Assembly: GCF_902728285.1 (NCBI RefSeq)
Contig: NW_027103772.1
Coordinates: forward strand, 249,149-313,148
Reading direction: 5' to 3'
From: Clytia hemisphaerica
Taxonomy: Eukaryota
DNA length: 64,000 nt
Numbering within the stretch: the first letter of the stretch is position 1; each line of letters starts with the position of its first letter. The notes under the pieces were generated by a model. The model was given only the letters and a program-made list of their open reading frames with translations. It had not been told where the DNA came from and searched no databases. Shown one piece after another: positions 37,080 through 49,162 of the stretch. The position numbers and the translations under genes were made by a program.

Positions 37080-38905
37080 CCCAATTCCCCTCACATGGCA
37101 TGGGTTGACCCAGGTAAAGGTTTATTCACTTTGCCAAGTGAACCGCTGCAAGTGGGAATCGAACATTAGTCGCCTGTGCAGCAACCAATGTCAATAACTA
37201 CTTTACCACAGCTGACAGAGCCTAAATCACAACAACAACGTTGTTTTCGGCACAAGTTTGAGCTTAGATGGCTCCCCTAAAACATCTAAAGATGTACAAA
37301 TTATACAATACTTACAAGAATCGCCCTGTTGAGGGTTCATAATCTCACACTCATTTGTTTAATTTGTTTTGAGACAAAAAAACTATTTCATTTTTACCTT
37401 TTGCCTTGCTTTGTGACATAAAGATAGCAATTTTTCTTGCTTTAGAAACTCAAACCTAGTTTCACATGGTGTTTTCTGAAGTGTTCATAATGTTTGTATA
37501 AAAAATAAAAACAAGCTTCTTTCTTTCAAGTTGAGAGATATAATAGAGGACCAAAGTATATATCGTCAATCAAACATCAAGCAAATTTCCTTTCAATTTC
37601 TATCAACCTCTATTCATCCATTTCTGCCCAGATACTTCTTCAAATCTTCAGAAGGCTTTTATACTATTCTGACCCTGAATTAAGTGGTGAAAAGCTTGTA
37701 CTATATGGTGCAATATGTAGTAAATTTACTTACTTTTTTTCCAGAAATCTGTCCTTCCAAAACCTTCGATTCGGGCGTAGATTTGCAAAGTGATGTTTAC
37801 AAAATTTTGTGCTGATTCCTGCGATTTATCAAATAATGAAAAGCCCGTCTACATTGTAAAACCTTTTCGAGAACCTACTAAAATTCAAAAAACAAAAAAA
37901 ACTATAAAATATTCCCTTATCAGATTGAATTGAATAATCTTGCTTGAATATGTAATTTTCAGCTTAAAAGAGATTCTTTTAACTACTTCTTATGATTTCA
38001 AAAATATCAGAACTCCAATCTTTAAAGTCTTGTAGTGTGTACGAGCCTTTAGCTCTTGCAACGCAATCTTGCACCATCGCGTTGCTTTTTTTCTCCTCCT
38101 TGTCAAATTCTAGACCTAAAAGGGTTTCTCAAAGGAGGGTACAATTTGGCAAAAAATAATATTCACATGTCAAAGAAAGTTCCTTGATAGAAAGCTGTTC
38201 AAGTAGTCAGAAAAATATTTTTTTCGCTCTTCTTCTAAATTTACTTCCGGGTTTTCATATCATTAAGTGGAAAGCCCTAGCTCCCGACTCGCGGGGAAAA
38301 CCCCGGAGAAGACACGCCTTCTTAACTTCCTTCGTTCTTCGTGCTGCACCTATTACACCCGGATAATAAAGCGCACCAGTTTTTATTTATCTGATTTGAG
38401 ATCTGATTCCATTCCTGAACCATCAGTACAACTAACACTGTCCGAAAATAAAAGAAAATGCATAGAGGTGCAAAAAAGGATAAGGATAAGGAGCTGAAAC
38501 TTTATATAGAGTCAATTTTGAGATTCCAAGTACAGTACACAGTACAAAAGATTTGCTACAACCTATTATATAAAAAGAAAATCGGCCTGGGGACGAGGTT
38601 AGTCTAATCTACGGGATAGATTCATATATTTATAAAGTCTGAAGGATTTCCTACCTAAACTCGGCACACTTTTCAGCAAAACCCCGATATCTAGCCCTTC
38701 GGGCTTTATAATATAAATCTATGGATAGATTGGTATTTTTGCTGACAACGCAAAACAATGTTCGGACTGAATAAGCAATATTTCATTTTAATTTCACTTA
38801 TGAGCTATAGATGATATAGATACTTATCACAGTATTCTTTTAATCTTCAAGCAACTAATATATAGATGATAAACTATGAAATCGTACGCTCGGTGCTGAG
38901 AGCCA

Positions 38906-39520
38906 ACTCGTTTGTTTCTAAGAACATCCAAAATTGTTAAACCTTTCAAATGTTCTTAATTTTGAGTTTTAAAAGATGTTAATTTAACTATTTTGTGAGT
39001 AATTTTTGTGCAATTTCTTAGGAAATTTGATGTTTTAGAGTCCACGAAACTAAATGTTCTAAGACCTCTAAAGAACTTCTTTTTATAAAAAAATGTCTAT
39101 TATTGAAAGCTTTCCAACAATTTCATCAATACTAAAATTAAGGAAGTTTTAGCAGAGAGATAATATAAACAGGCCGGATTAAGAGGATATCGTCAATGTG
39201 CAATTATGACAATGATAATGACTTTTATTTTGCATTCTATACTGACGACGTCAAGTGGTTTCAAGATGTCGTTTGATATCTTTATACACGTTTTTTTTTA
39301 AATAAGAACAAACTATATAAGAACATAAGGCTTCGATGGCTAAAATGTTAAGAACAAGCTAAGAACATTTTAAGGCTTTGTAGACTCTAAAACACCAAAT
39401 TTCTTAGGAAAATGAACAAAAATGCTTAAAAAATGGTGAAAATAAGATAATTTTTAGGCTTAGAACTCGAAAAGTTAAGAACATCTGAAGGTTTCAAAAA
39501 ATTTGGATGTTCTTATAAAA
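38906..39520. repeat. inverted pair of the abundant ~230-bp 'ttataagaaca..taagaacat..ttcttaggaaaatg' repeat family
   Basis: 38906-39120 (minus orientation) and 39285-39520 (plus orientation). Other copies at ~19890-20130, 31960-32200 and 47095-47230, with a variant at 50290-50520. Confidence 0.5.
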
Positions 39521-40307
39521 AAAACGTGTCGAGGAAAGCGATTATCTATGCCTTTTAGATTTGTACTCGATTTAGTAAGCCATTGAATAACATTGATTGC
39601 AGGTCAGAAAATGCATAAATTCTACATGTTTTTTAGAAGCATAGCATTTTAAGCATACCTAGGCGCAGTTTTTGGTATCCAAACAATTGCTCTATTGTTT
39701 AAGAACAATAGAATGCTAAGTAAAATGCGAGCCTGGATATAGAAGCAGACACTTGCAAAAGGTCAATATGTACAAGGAAAAAAAACTCAGGTAGGCACAT
39801 ACATTGACGTTCTAAAAACACTATAGAAACATGAAAATTATGTTCAAGCTGCCATTTTGACATATTCTTACAAAATATAATATTTTATTGCACTAAATTT
39901 CACTAAAAAAACATTCAAATACAATACAAAAAGGGGTACATTCATTCTCTATTAAAAATATACAAATTTAGCAAGATAAAAAAAGGTTATCTGTATTAAA
40001 AACTCAAATAACTTTATAAACACATTGCACCTTTTCGATCGTACGTACCACTGAATTATTTAATTATCCCCTAAACTCGATCCAATCCTTTTTGACACCT
40101 TTTTCTATTGTATATAAGTGCGAAAAAAAGACTGGGACGGTTTTAGGGTGGTAAAACGGATAAAAAAAGGCCGCGCGGCAATTGGCAGCTACGGTCGAAA
40201 AGGTGTATTAATGAATTAAGTAAAAACAACGAACAGTCCCAACAAAACAATATGCTGTGAGAGATGAGTATTGCTCAAAAGAAGAAATGAATAAATAATA
40301 TATCAAA

Positions 40308-40308
<1 letters not shown>

Positions 40309-40402
<94 letters not shown>

Positions 40403-40421
40403 TCAAATCAATCAATCAATC
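40309..40421. repeat. (TCAA)n/(TTGA)n microsatellite, ~28 units, overlapping the AGL stop codon and start of its 3'UTR
   Basis: Perfect caatcaat... run, interrupted by aaatcaaatc at 40401. Confidence 0.95.
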
Positions 40422-40681
40422 ATGGCTTGAAGATCATACAAAACTTCCAGCAGACAAGCAGACGACCATGCTTGAGTGGGGCAACTATGGGAACAAAATG
40501 CGCCATCTTTGTTTGTAAGCTCCGTCAAGCCCTTCCATGGCGACGTCTCGATTTCACGTTTATGTCTTGATAACACTTCGCGTGTTTTGCTAATCGTTTG
40601 TGGTAGCAAATTGGTTTTATCGATTCGTTCGGCCATAATGAGCCGGGCACGAAGGAAAGGTCCAAGAACCCATACCCATTC
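40412..40681 (-). CDS. AGL: AGL terminal exon (EWVWVLGPFLRARLIMAERID...SPWKGLTELTNKDGAFCSHSCPTQAWSSACLLEVLYDLQAMID*)
   Basis: Acceptor gcctttcag. Aligns to human EWLWPIGYFLRAKLYF...[38 protein letters not shown]. The TGA stop at 40412-40414 is the first unit of a (TTGA)n array. Confidence 0.9.
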   Translation of the reverse strand, partial: EWVWVLGPFLRARLIMAERIDKTNLLPQTISKTREVLSRHKREIETSPWKGLTELTNKDGAFCSHSCPTQAWSSACLLEVLYDLQAMID

Positions 40682-40897
40682 CTGAAAGGCAAAAAGTTCA
40701 TGAAATGTTTTTGGGCGGTATGCTTAACGTAAGGCTATAATTCGGATAAGTGCTGCGGTGAAGCCACTTTTTCTTGGCGCGTTTGATTGTTAAGGGAACT
40801 TTTGGATTGTTATAGATAAGTACGGTAAAATACAAAAACTTTTTGGGTGTTTCCTCATTATACATTACGACATGAATCATATGAATACAGTACTTAC

Positions 40898-40985
40898 AGG
40901 TCCGTTATGATAATTGAAACCTTTGGCTTTCTTTGGATCAGCGTTGTCCAAATGATTCTCATAATCTCCGTCATAATTCCAATCA
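40898..40985 (-). CDS. AGL: AGL exon (DDWNYDGDYENHLDNADPKKAKGFNYHNGP)
   Basis: Acceptor tttatgctag and donor gtaagt. Aligns to human [30 protein letters not shown]. Confidence 0.85.
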
Positions 40986-41027
40986 CTAGCATAAAAAAGA
41001 AACTAGTTACTCAGTGCTAATTTCCTA

Positions 41028-41384
41028 CTCTTGTCTCCTGAATAGACGGGGGGAGTCCGAATAAGCAGGGGGTATAAAAACTTTCTAAATTCTATTAATT
41101 GGGGGGGGGGGGTGGAATAAGAGGGGGAGGGGGTAATTTGAAGACAGGAATTTTTAATTGATATCAATTTCAACAACAAAAAAGAAACTTGAACATAATA
41201 AAATGAAAAAGTAAAATAAGAACCAATACTAACAAAACTACACTGTAATAAAATATTAAATTATTTAAATTTAATTAGCAGGGGGGGGTCTTAATAAGAG
41301 CGGTGGGATGGATTTTTTTCTCTTACCAATTAGCGGGGGGGGGGCGTCTATTCGAGAGACAAGAGTATAGGCTTCCAGCATCCG
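41028..41384. mobile_element. MITE with TIR ACTCTTGTCTCCTGAATAGACGGGGGG and internal 'ggaataag(a/c)gggggg' motifs, related to 27625-27885
   Basis: Inverted termini at 41028-41055 and 41355-41384. Lies in an AGL intron. Confidence 0.65.
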
Positions 41385-41994
41385 ACTAGTATGTTTTGTG
41401 GTTAAAGCAAGGTTTCATCGGAGACGGAAAATGCATTTTACACAGTAAATTACGACTTATTTTTGAGATTTTGGTGAATTATGCAGAATTCTGGGACGGA
41501 AAAAGCCTCTTCGTATACTTCGCTGAGACGGAATAAATTTTAAGACTGTATAAAGGATACGAATCGACCTCAAAAATCATGACCGTTGATGAGGTTAAGA
41601 ATAGTTGACGTAATTTGAATTTAAATTTTAATGATGCAACACAAGGTCTTTGCACCACGAAATATTATGAGCGTATTATCAGCTTTTTTGATGCTTACTT
41701 CTGGCTGCCATATATAAATTAAAATTTTTGTTTTTAAATAAGAGTGATATCGTTTGCTTACTCATCAATTTTAATTTACAACCTTTTTGATATTGAATTG
41801 ACACGGATGTGGAGTAAGATTGGTCAGAAAGAGGAAAAGAAAACCATTTTTGCTTATATCAGCATAATATAACAATAGGCAGACGATGTCCTTATATGAA
41901 ATATGTGTCTGATATGAAACGGGTACACTTATGTAAAAATAAAACCTTTAAATAAAGCCTGGGACACACGAGGACGTTGTAAAATGAAACTTAC

Positions 41995-42092
41995 TCTGGA
42001 TCTAACGTTCTTAAACCAAGAGGACCAAGTAAATGTTGTTCAATCGATTCCAAGGCTTTCCATGCATGTTGTGCGTCAAACATCCCCGGTGC
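41995..42092 (-). CDS. AGL: AGL exon ([32 protein letters not shown])
   Basis: Acceptor tcatctacag and donor gtaagt. Aligns to human [32 protein letters not shown]. Confidence 0.85.
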
Positions 42093-42653
42093 CTGTAGAT
42101 GAAAAGAATAATACTTTTCTTAATTTGTTCTTAGGATTTGGTCGAAACTTAGTCTTAAGTTCAATAAAATTGTTCTAATAAAAAAGTTTGTATACAGGGT
42201 AACAATTTTGCTATTCAATTACTTATTTCGTAGTTAAAATTTTTCGGAAATCTTTCTTCCCTCTTCCAGTAGCCTGAAGACACCAAGACAACCGTCATTG
42301 CAACATTGATAATATTGTAGCTCGTCCCTTCAGAAGCGGACACTCGAAGTAAGCGACCTACCGTTGCGGCCGTTTAGGGTATGTTTCTCAGACATCCCAA
42401 AGTGCACTAGTATCGAACTACGAAAAGTGCATTGCAGCGGTGTAAAAAGTGAAAACTGACTCGGACCATTTTTGCCTTAAAATGGACAAAAAATTTCAAG
42501 AAAACACGAGTCGATTTTTCACCCAAATTTACGTAAAATTTGGGTAAATTTCTCCGCAATGTAAAGGTATGATTTCAAAGGCCTATTTTTGGGCTGCACA
42601 TACGTCAGTTTTTCAAACCGAGAGGGGACACTCTAAAAAAATCTATGACTTAC

Positions 42654-42847
42654 GACACACATGGCAATCGGATAGTTCGGTCTTAACTGGTGGTCCAAAT
42701 AATCGTGATTTGAACCTAAAGTGTCTTTGTAAATGTTCCGTTTGTGAATGTTCGGGAAAGTTGAGTCGTCCCCGATGAAAAAATTCACGTCAAAGTTCTC
42801 TTGGATCTTCGATTCCCATTCCGAGTACGAAACTGTCTTTGCGTCAC
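42654..42847 (-). CDS. AGL: AGL exon (GDAKTVSYSEWESKIQENFDVNFFIGDDSTFPNIHKRNIYKDTLGSNHDYLDHQLRPNYPIAMCV)
   Basis: Acceptor ttttaccag and donor gtaagt. Aligns to human [70 protein letters not shown]. Confidence 0.85.
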
Positions 42848-42871
42848 CTGGTAAAAATAAAGATACTTTCA

Positions 42872-42971
42872 ACCCAGCTGGCAAACAACGTTGTTTTAAC
42901 GTTAGTCTGATGTTCACAACGTCCATATAACGTCAGATGAACGTTTATATGACGTTGTGTGCCAGTTGGGC
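42872..42971. mobile_element. MITE family 3 (~100-bp hairpin element CCCAGCTGGCACACAACGTTGTTTTAACGTT), copy 1, 25 bp upstream of an AGL exon acceptor
   Basis: Near-perfect palindrome. A second copy lies at 62811-62909. Confidence 0.6.
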
Positions 42972-43065
42972 AGAAAGTACTGTCCCTGTAAAAAAAAAGA
43001 ATTATCAAAATTGGTTTTTTCGCGTCCTATATTGTTTTATTCGCGAGGTTAAAACGAAAGTGTAC

Positions 43066-43181
43066 CTTCTTTCGAAGTAAATCTGATTGTGTCATGAGGG
43101 TATTTCCCTTCTCCATGTAGTTGAACTAACCAATGCAACGTAGATTTGCACAAACCAATTATCTCCACCGGACTGCCACAT
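43066..43181 (-). CDS. AGL: AGL exon (RCGSPVEIIGLCKSTLHWLVQLHGEGKYPHDTIRFTSKE)
   Basis: Acceptor attttcag and donor gtacac. Aligns to human [39 protein letters not shown]. Confidence 0.8.
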
Positions 43182-45451
43182 CTGAAAATATTAAGAAAGA
43201 AGGAAAACTCCTTTAAAGTAGACTCGAGTCGTTTATAATGTGTGTAAGTAGTATAGGCGTTTTATGATATTACGATTATTTTTACGTGATTTAGTTTGTA
43301 TAAACTAAAATTTGTTCCCTCCATTACTTTTTGCTTTATTTCTACTATGTCTGCATTATTTTTCTTTACATGCGATGTAAGTGCTACGAAGAAAACTCAG
43401 AACTATCCTTTAAAACTATTTAGGCATTTCCCAGAAGCTCTGGCTATTTCCGTAGTGAAGATCAAGAAAATTTCAGGAGATAGAGGAGAGCTGTCTAATT
43501 AAATATCCACCATTTCTCTTTAAAGTGTTCTCGTGCACTTATAGTTTGATTCGCAAACCTCTATAGATATATCTCCTATATAGGTTTGCTTAATAGTGTA
43601 CGGCTTGCCTTCCCGCTATGGTGGCTCTTATGGTGGCCGATTTTACCTTTTTTGGCGAGTTACTACGGAAAGGGACGAGTTTTATATGGCGAGTTAGAAA
43701 ATAATAAAAATAAAAAAAGAGAAAAAGTCACAAAAATATGTTGTCTTCACTTTAACTTTATATAACAGTAAGAGAGTCTGGATAAAAAGTGTTATGAAAA
43801 AGTGTAAAACAGTGTAATGAAAAGCCTAGTTATTTGAGTTCTATAAACATCAGCTTTCTGACTTCAATATTACATTTTACAGGAAGTCAGAGAAAAAATC
43901 AAAACAAAGAATCCTCTAAACTCTGTTCTAAAAAAATAACTTAAGAAATGAAAAAATCCTCTTGCATCCGTATAATAGTATTGAATAAGGTTCTTTTCTC
44001 TTGTTGAGGAAAAGAAACTATAAAAAAACTGAAAGAAGAAACCATTCTAAAATGGGTTTTGAGATCAGAGAAAGTTTGTACCTTGAAACCATTAAAATGA
44101 AAAAAATATTATACAAAATTTATTAAGTTTCCTTCCAATTTAAAGATGTATCACCAAGACATCTAAGAACTATCAACTGAAATCATATCCTCTAATATTT
44201 GAGCCTGACTGAGTCTGTCGGGTGTGCGAAAAGCCAAAACAAAAACTCAATCTCTCCAAAGTTCTCAAAACCGACAAAAATATGAGAAATATTCCATCAC
44301 AGCTGCACGGTTTATGCTTTGCGGAATGATATACCAACAAGGCCAAACTAGAGGTATAAACTCTTGTCCAGAGTCAGTTTTCAATGGCTAAAACTTGAGA
44401 AAAAACTTGCAAAAAAATTGACTTTTTAAACTCTTTTAAAGTAGCTTTGAAAACTTAAGAAATCTTCCAGAAAACCAAAGAATCTTGCTCTGTAACAAAG
44501 AACAAAGTAAATTTGACATACCTGTTGCTTTATTGTAGGCTCCAAAGTGACAATACTTGTTGAAACTTGAAAAAATTTCAAGATCTTGTAACCAAAACAT
44601 CAGCCAAAATCAAAACAAACAAAAAATCTTAATTTGAATCATTGTTTCATGCCACTGAGACACAACTTTCCCTTAATGCATTCCATAGATACAACTGAAC
44701 ATAAATTTACACATACAAAGCTTTTAACTCTAAAATTATAACTTCCAAAAACCAAAATAAACTCCAAAAAAGAGAAATTCTCTACTTCGCTTCGGCAGCC
44801 ATGTTGAATTCAAAATGTGAACAATCAAGCGAGCCTGTATCAAACTAACACGTGCATTTTTGATATCGGTATCAATAATGAAAATATTTGTTATTAGTTT
44901 GTTACAGGCTATCTAAAATCTAAACCGTAACGGGAAGAGTTCCTTCACAAATTCATCATCATAAGCACTCGCCAGCTAAAATAGCTTGTTCGCCGAAATT
45001 CGGCGAAAAGCGGCATATTCTGGGAAAGAGGATCTACCGAGTATTAAGCAGCCTCTATAAGAAACTTTTATCGCTAGAGGATGAGCAGAAGCCTAGTGCA
45101 CTTAAGGATACGTTTTCAAGGCTTCCCAGTGGTGGAAGGGTTAAAATTAGCAAAGATGAAAAAACCTGCACTCTAAGGGTGTAAAAAGTAAAGTTCCGAT
45201 TTCAAAGGCCTAATTTTGGGCCGTAAATTTGGTCGTTTTAAAAGCGATTGTCTACCTCGTCCCTGTGTAGCCTGGGCTTTATTTACGTTACTGATTGACA
45301 CCAGAGAATATTATCTAGCGCTATCAGTAAGCATCAAAAAGCTGGTAATACGCATGGAACGAGGTTGAGCGATTATTTGCTCTCCGCAGGGTGTCTTACA
45401 ACTTAATTTTCCATTTGGAAAGAAAAACAGAAAAAATCACGTAGTATTTAC

Positions 45452-45696
45452 CTAGGTGTAGCAGGTACTCCTTTATTTTTTGCAATCTCTGAGCCACCCA
45501 TCTTGTCCATCCAGGTTCCACAATTGTGTTCGCTACCTCCTCTAACGAAACCTAATTCATCAACACTGACCTCTACAAAGAAGCCTTGATCGCTCATATC
45601 ACGGTCGAGTTGGATGCCCGCGTTGCGTTCCTTGAAGGAAATACCGTTATAATGTCGGGTAAGGATTTCGTGGATGGTTTGATGAAGTGGTTCTTT
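45452..45696 (-). CDS. AGL: AGL exon ([81 protein letters not shown])
   Basis: Acceptor tctccatag and donor gtaaat. Aligns to human ..[65 protein letters not shown]. Confidence 0.9.
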
Positions 45697-45742
45697 CTAT
45701 GGAGAAAAGAGAATTTATTTGATTGGTTTTAAGGCAAGTTTA

Positions 45743-45816
45743 GGAAGGTAGCGCAGTCGGTAGAGCATTCGCCTTACAGTCTAAGGATTATGGGTTCGAT
45801 CCCCGGTCACCACCAA
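45743..45816 (+). ncRNA. tRNA-like sequence (Pol III A/B boxes) that does not fold into a functional cloverleaf: tRNA-derived SINE head or tRNA pseudogene
   Basis: TAGCGCAGTCGGTAGAGCA (D-arm/box A) and GGGTTCGATCCCC (T-arm/box B) ~ tRNA-Lys-like. The anticodon arm is degenerate (5-nt loop) and the acceptor ends do not pair. Lies in an AGL intron. Confidence 0.45.
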
Positions 45817-45991
45817 CTCAGCGAATGAGTAGCTTAGATTGGGTAATCTGATCTAGGCGGTAAGTTACTCTAAGTTGAGAGTAAGTATGGCGCTTCACAA
45901 CACATTTGATTTCCCAGGTTTAGATAGAAAATAGGAAGCGTGATAGAATCCCTCACTAGCACATGGGAAACGGGGAGAATAACTTACTCAC

Positions 45992-46217
45992 CTTAGGGTT
46001 GTTAATAAGTGGTTCACTATCATCTGTCGGGTACATGCGCAATACAGTCGCATTCAGCAATCCCACTCCTTCGTCCACCATCTTACAATACTCTTGAACG
46101 GCTTGCAACCAAAACCACGTGGCATCTCTTGCATTGAAGCGAGCGCTCGTTCCGCTTGCAAGGAGATTAGGAGCCAGACCATGACGAACGCAGCCAGCGT
46201 AAGCGAGAATCAAAGTT
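45992..46217 (-). CDS. AGL: AGL exon ([76 protein letters not shown])
   Basis: Acceptor cctttttag and donor gtgagt. Aligns to human [70 protein letters not shown]. Confidence 0.9.
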
Positions 46218-46841
46218 CTAAAAAGGAATCGAGAAATAGATGCTTGAAGAATTGAAAAATTGGAACCCCTCGCTCTTAATCCAAACGAAATGAAACTCCT
46301 TGAAGAGGATATAAAGCCAGCCTTCCCAGTATTGAAAATCATAGGCTAAAGAACAGGTTTCACTTTTCTACAAGAGCAGGAAGCTCAATTTTAACCAAAA
46401 TCTTAAAAGAAGTCAATAGACAATTCTAGCTTCATATCTCAGCATCCGTAACATGATAGCCTTTTAGGAGGGGCGAATTATGTTGTATTGCCATTGAACT
46501 AGCCGTAGAAATGAGTCCCTATAAGAAGAAATCAAGCTCGAGAGAAGAGATAATTATTTTTGCGAGGTCTGTTTTTAATAAATTTTTCATTTCCTTCCTG
46601 CTCGGAGTGCTCTCGAGCTTTTGTATTTGCACTTTTGAAGACGGTGGACAAATTTTTTTTATTCTTACGAATATCAAACTCGCAAAAAATCTCCATGATC
46701 AGATATTTGGCTTAACATATCCGATTAATTGCCAAAAATTAGCGTTTGCAGGGCTATTTTTGACTAATTTTTAACTGAAAAATTAAATCTCGCGAAATTC
46801 AATTACATTTAAGTATAAAGAATATAAAGACAGTTTTATAC

Positions 46842-47081
46842 CTAGCTACATCGAAACGGCCAGTGATGAGCATCAATCCACGGAGTGCAATAAAAGTATC
46901 TCTACCCCAGCACCTCATAAACCCTGTGGAGAAGTGCGGTAAGCCAGCAGCAAGGGTTACAGTCAATTCTTTTTGGTTGATCTTCTCCACAGAGGGTAAA
47001 CGTGCTGATTTTACTTCACCACAGAGCTGGACGGATGCCATGGAAAGGTGCTTGGTAAATGTGGCACCATCTTGAACAAAC
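46842..47081 (-). CDS. AGL: AGL exon ([80 protein letters not shown])
   Basis: Acceptor ttcttttag and donor gtataaa. Aligns to human [25 protein letters not shown]...[39 protein letters not shown]. Confidence 0.9.
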
Positions 47082-47227
47082 CTAAAAGAATAAATTGAAA
47101 ATGCTGAAATACATGCTTTTTTTATAAGAATAATTTTATAAGTAAACGAGGCTGAAACTTCACCAAAACTTAAGAAAAAACTAAGAACATCGTGAGAACA
47201 CTTAAAATCTGAAAGAACTAGAAACAT

Positions 47228-47712
47228 CCCAGAATGCATAGTGTCCTCCCCCCCTTTATAAAGGGGGGAAACCAATTTTCCAATTTTGAATGACTGAGGG
47301 GGGACAGTGAAAATTTGAATAGTAAAGGGGGGGAAAAAAAAGAGGGGGGAAAACATCAGTAGTTGGCAAATTTGGTGGGGGGAAGTGTGAAATCACTTCA
47401 ATTTTATCTCAGCAACCAAGGTCAGTCCACATGATATCATGTGATTAGATCATGATTGAAAAATTAACCAATTTTCGTTCTATTTTGTCTAGTATTCCTT
47501 TTGCAGCAAAATTTTACGTTTGTGTCAGGTTGAAATTTGAGAAATTTATACGGGTATATGGGGGATCTGATATTTTCAGAATTTTCTGGGGGGAAAGCAA
47601 AAAAGAGGGGGGAAACTAAAAAACTGAAAAGTCACAGGGGGAAAAAAAAGAGGGGGGAGATTTAAAAAAATCAAGAATTTAGTGGGGGGAACAAACCCTG
47701 GAGGACACTATG
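47228..47712. mobile_element. MITE with TIR CATAGTGTCCTCCCCCC and multiple G-runs
   Basis: gcatagtgtcctccccccc at 47228 pairs with ggaggacactatg at 47700. Lies in an AGL intron. Confidence 0.55.
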
Positions 47713-48310
47713 ATGAGCCAAAATTCACTCGTTCTTAAAAAAAAGGCAGAAGTACGAAAAAGGACTGTCCTACAGTCTAGAACTTTGTCACATCCACCTT
47801 GAGGGAGGAAAATTTGGTTGATTGTAAGGTACTGGCTAATGGCAGTTCAAATATGGCCATATAATTTTGATATACGATGAGCACATTACATCACTTTCTT
47901 TTTTTATTGTACTTTTGAAATTTACGCCATTTTCTACCATTCTTATCTTCCAGTGTCACAGAAAAAATTGTTAAAAGTGTCTAGGAGCCCAAAACAAAAG
48001 TTTTATCTTCTAATCCAAATTTTCAGACTTTAAGACTTTAAGATTTTAGACTTTTTTTTGTGAGGAGACCTATTAAAGTTGTTGATCAAAAACCCGAGTT
48101 CCGAGTTTTGGTCATCGAGTTTATAAGAAAGAAATTTTTTCAGATTTTAAGGCTGATAAGGGAATCAATACAACCTGGTAAACTCTAGCTTAGTCTCCTC
48201 ACGATTTAAGGTTCAGTAAGTGTTTTGATTTTCATCTTGAAAAAAAGTTTAGGCATGTGTAGTGTGTTACGATGACTTCAAAATAACTGGGCACCAAAAA
48301 TGCCTTAATG

Positions 48311-48356
48311 AACTCGAAACTCGAAACTCGAAACTCGAAACTCGAAACTCGAAACT
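48311..48356. repeat. heptamer tandem repeat (AACTCGA)x6
   Basis: aactcgaaactcgaaactcgaaactcgaaactcgaaactc. Confidence 0.9.
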
Positions 48357-48831
48357 CCAACCCAGTCCATGCAACTTTTAGCAAAGGAGTTACACGTTTT
48401 TTTATAAGGAACCTTAACTTGGCTCCAAGCCTATGAAGTTCCTTATTTTTCCAGAGAATTTCAGCCTCCATGTTCCTTGTTTACTTAGCTGCTAAGATTG
48501 GATTTGCCAAGTATGTAACTTATGTAAAAAGTATAACAATGGGCTACAATACAGAAAAAGACGTTTATCAAGTGTTGTTTCGCCAATATTTTGTCAACTT
48601 TTTGTTTAAAATTTTGCAAAAGTTTAAGTTTAACTGTCTGTTCCTTACAAATTCTTTTATTTTTTTAAAAACGTGTAATTGTTATCTTCAATGACAATGA
48701 TCTCAGTAATCTTTCAATTAACTATGATTGCAAAATAACTGGGCACCAAGAAACGCCCCTGTGAATTCGAACCTAGTCCCCCTATCCGTACAACTTTTTG
48801 AAACAATAGGTTAGGGTAATTGATATCTCAC

Positions 48832-49099
48832 CTTGACAACAAGCTCAGTGATCTTTCAATACACAAAGAGTGTACACCTCTCACAATGACTTCAAAATAA
48901 CTGGGCACCAAAAAACGTGGTAATACGCTCATATGATCAAATATGTTTTCAAACCACAGTCCCAAAGGCTTCGTTCCTTCATGATGTTTCAGACGGTTCG
49001 CCGTATAGCCGAGTAGCCAGTCACCTTCTCTTAAGTTGGAGCATATCGGATGTCCGAGATCATTATCTTCAGCCACTTTAGATAATACGGACATGATAC
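48832..49099 (-). CDS. AGL: AGL exon (GIMSVLSKVAEDNDLGHPICSNLREGDWLLGYTANRLKHHEGTKPLGLWFENIFDHMSVLPRFLVPSYFEVIVRGVHSLCIERSLSLLS)
   Basis: Acceptor ttatttaag and donor gtgaga. Aligns to human [36 protein letters not shown]...[31 protein letters not shown]. Confidence 0.85.
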
Positions 49100-49162
49100 C
49101 TTAAATAAAAGTACACACTTGTTAAATGATCGATATTTCATTACAGCAGAAGACTCAATTAA

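Noticed and set aside
45743-45816. Possible functional tRNA gene
   Set aside because: Acceptor stem cannot pair and the anticodon loop is 5 nt. Called tRNA-like/SINE instead.
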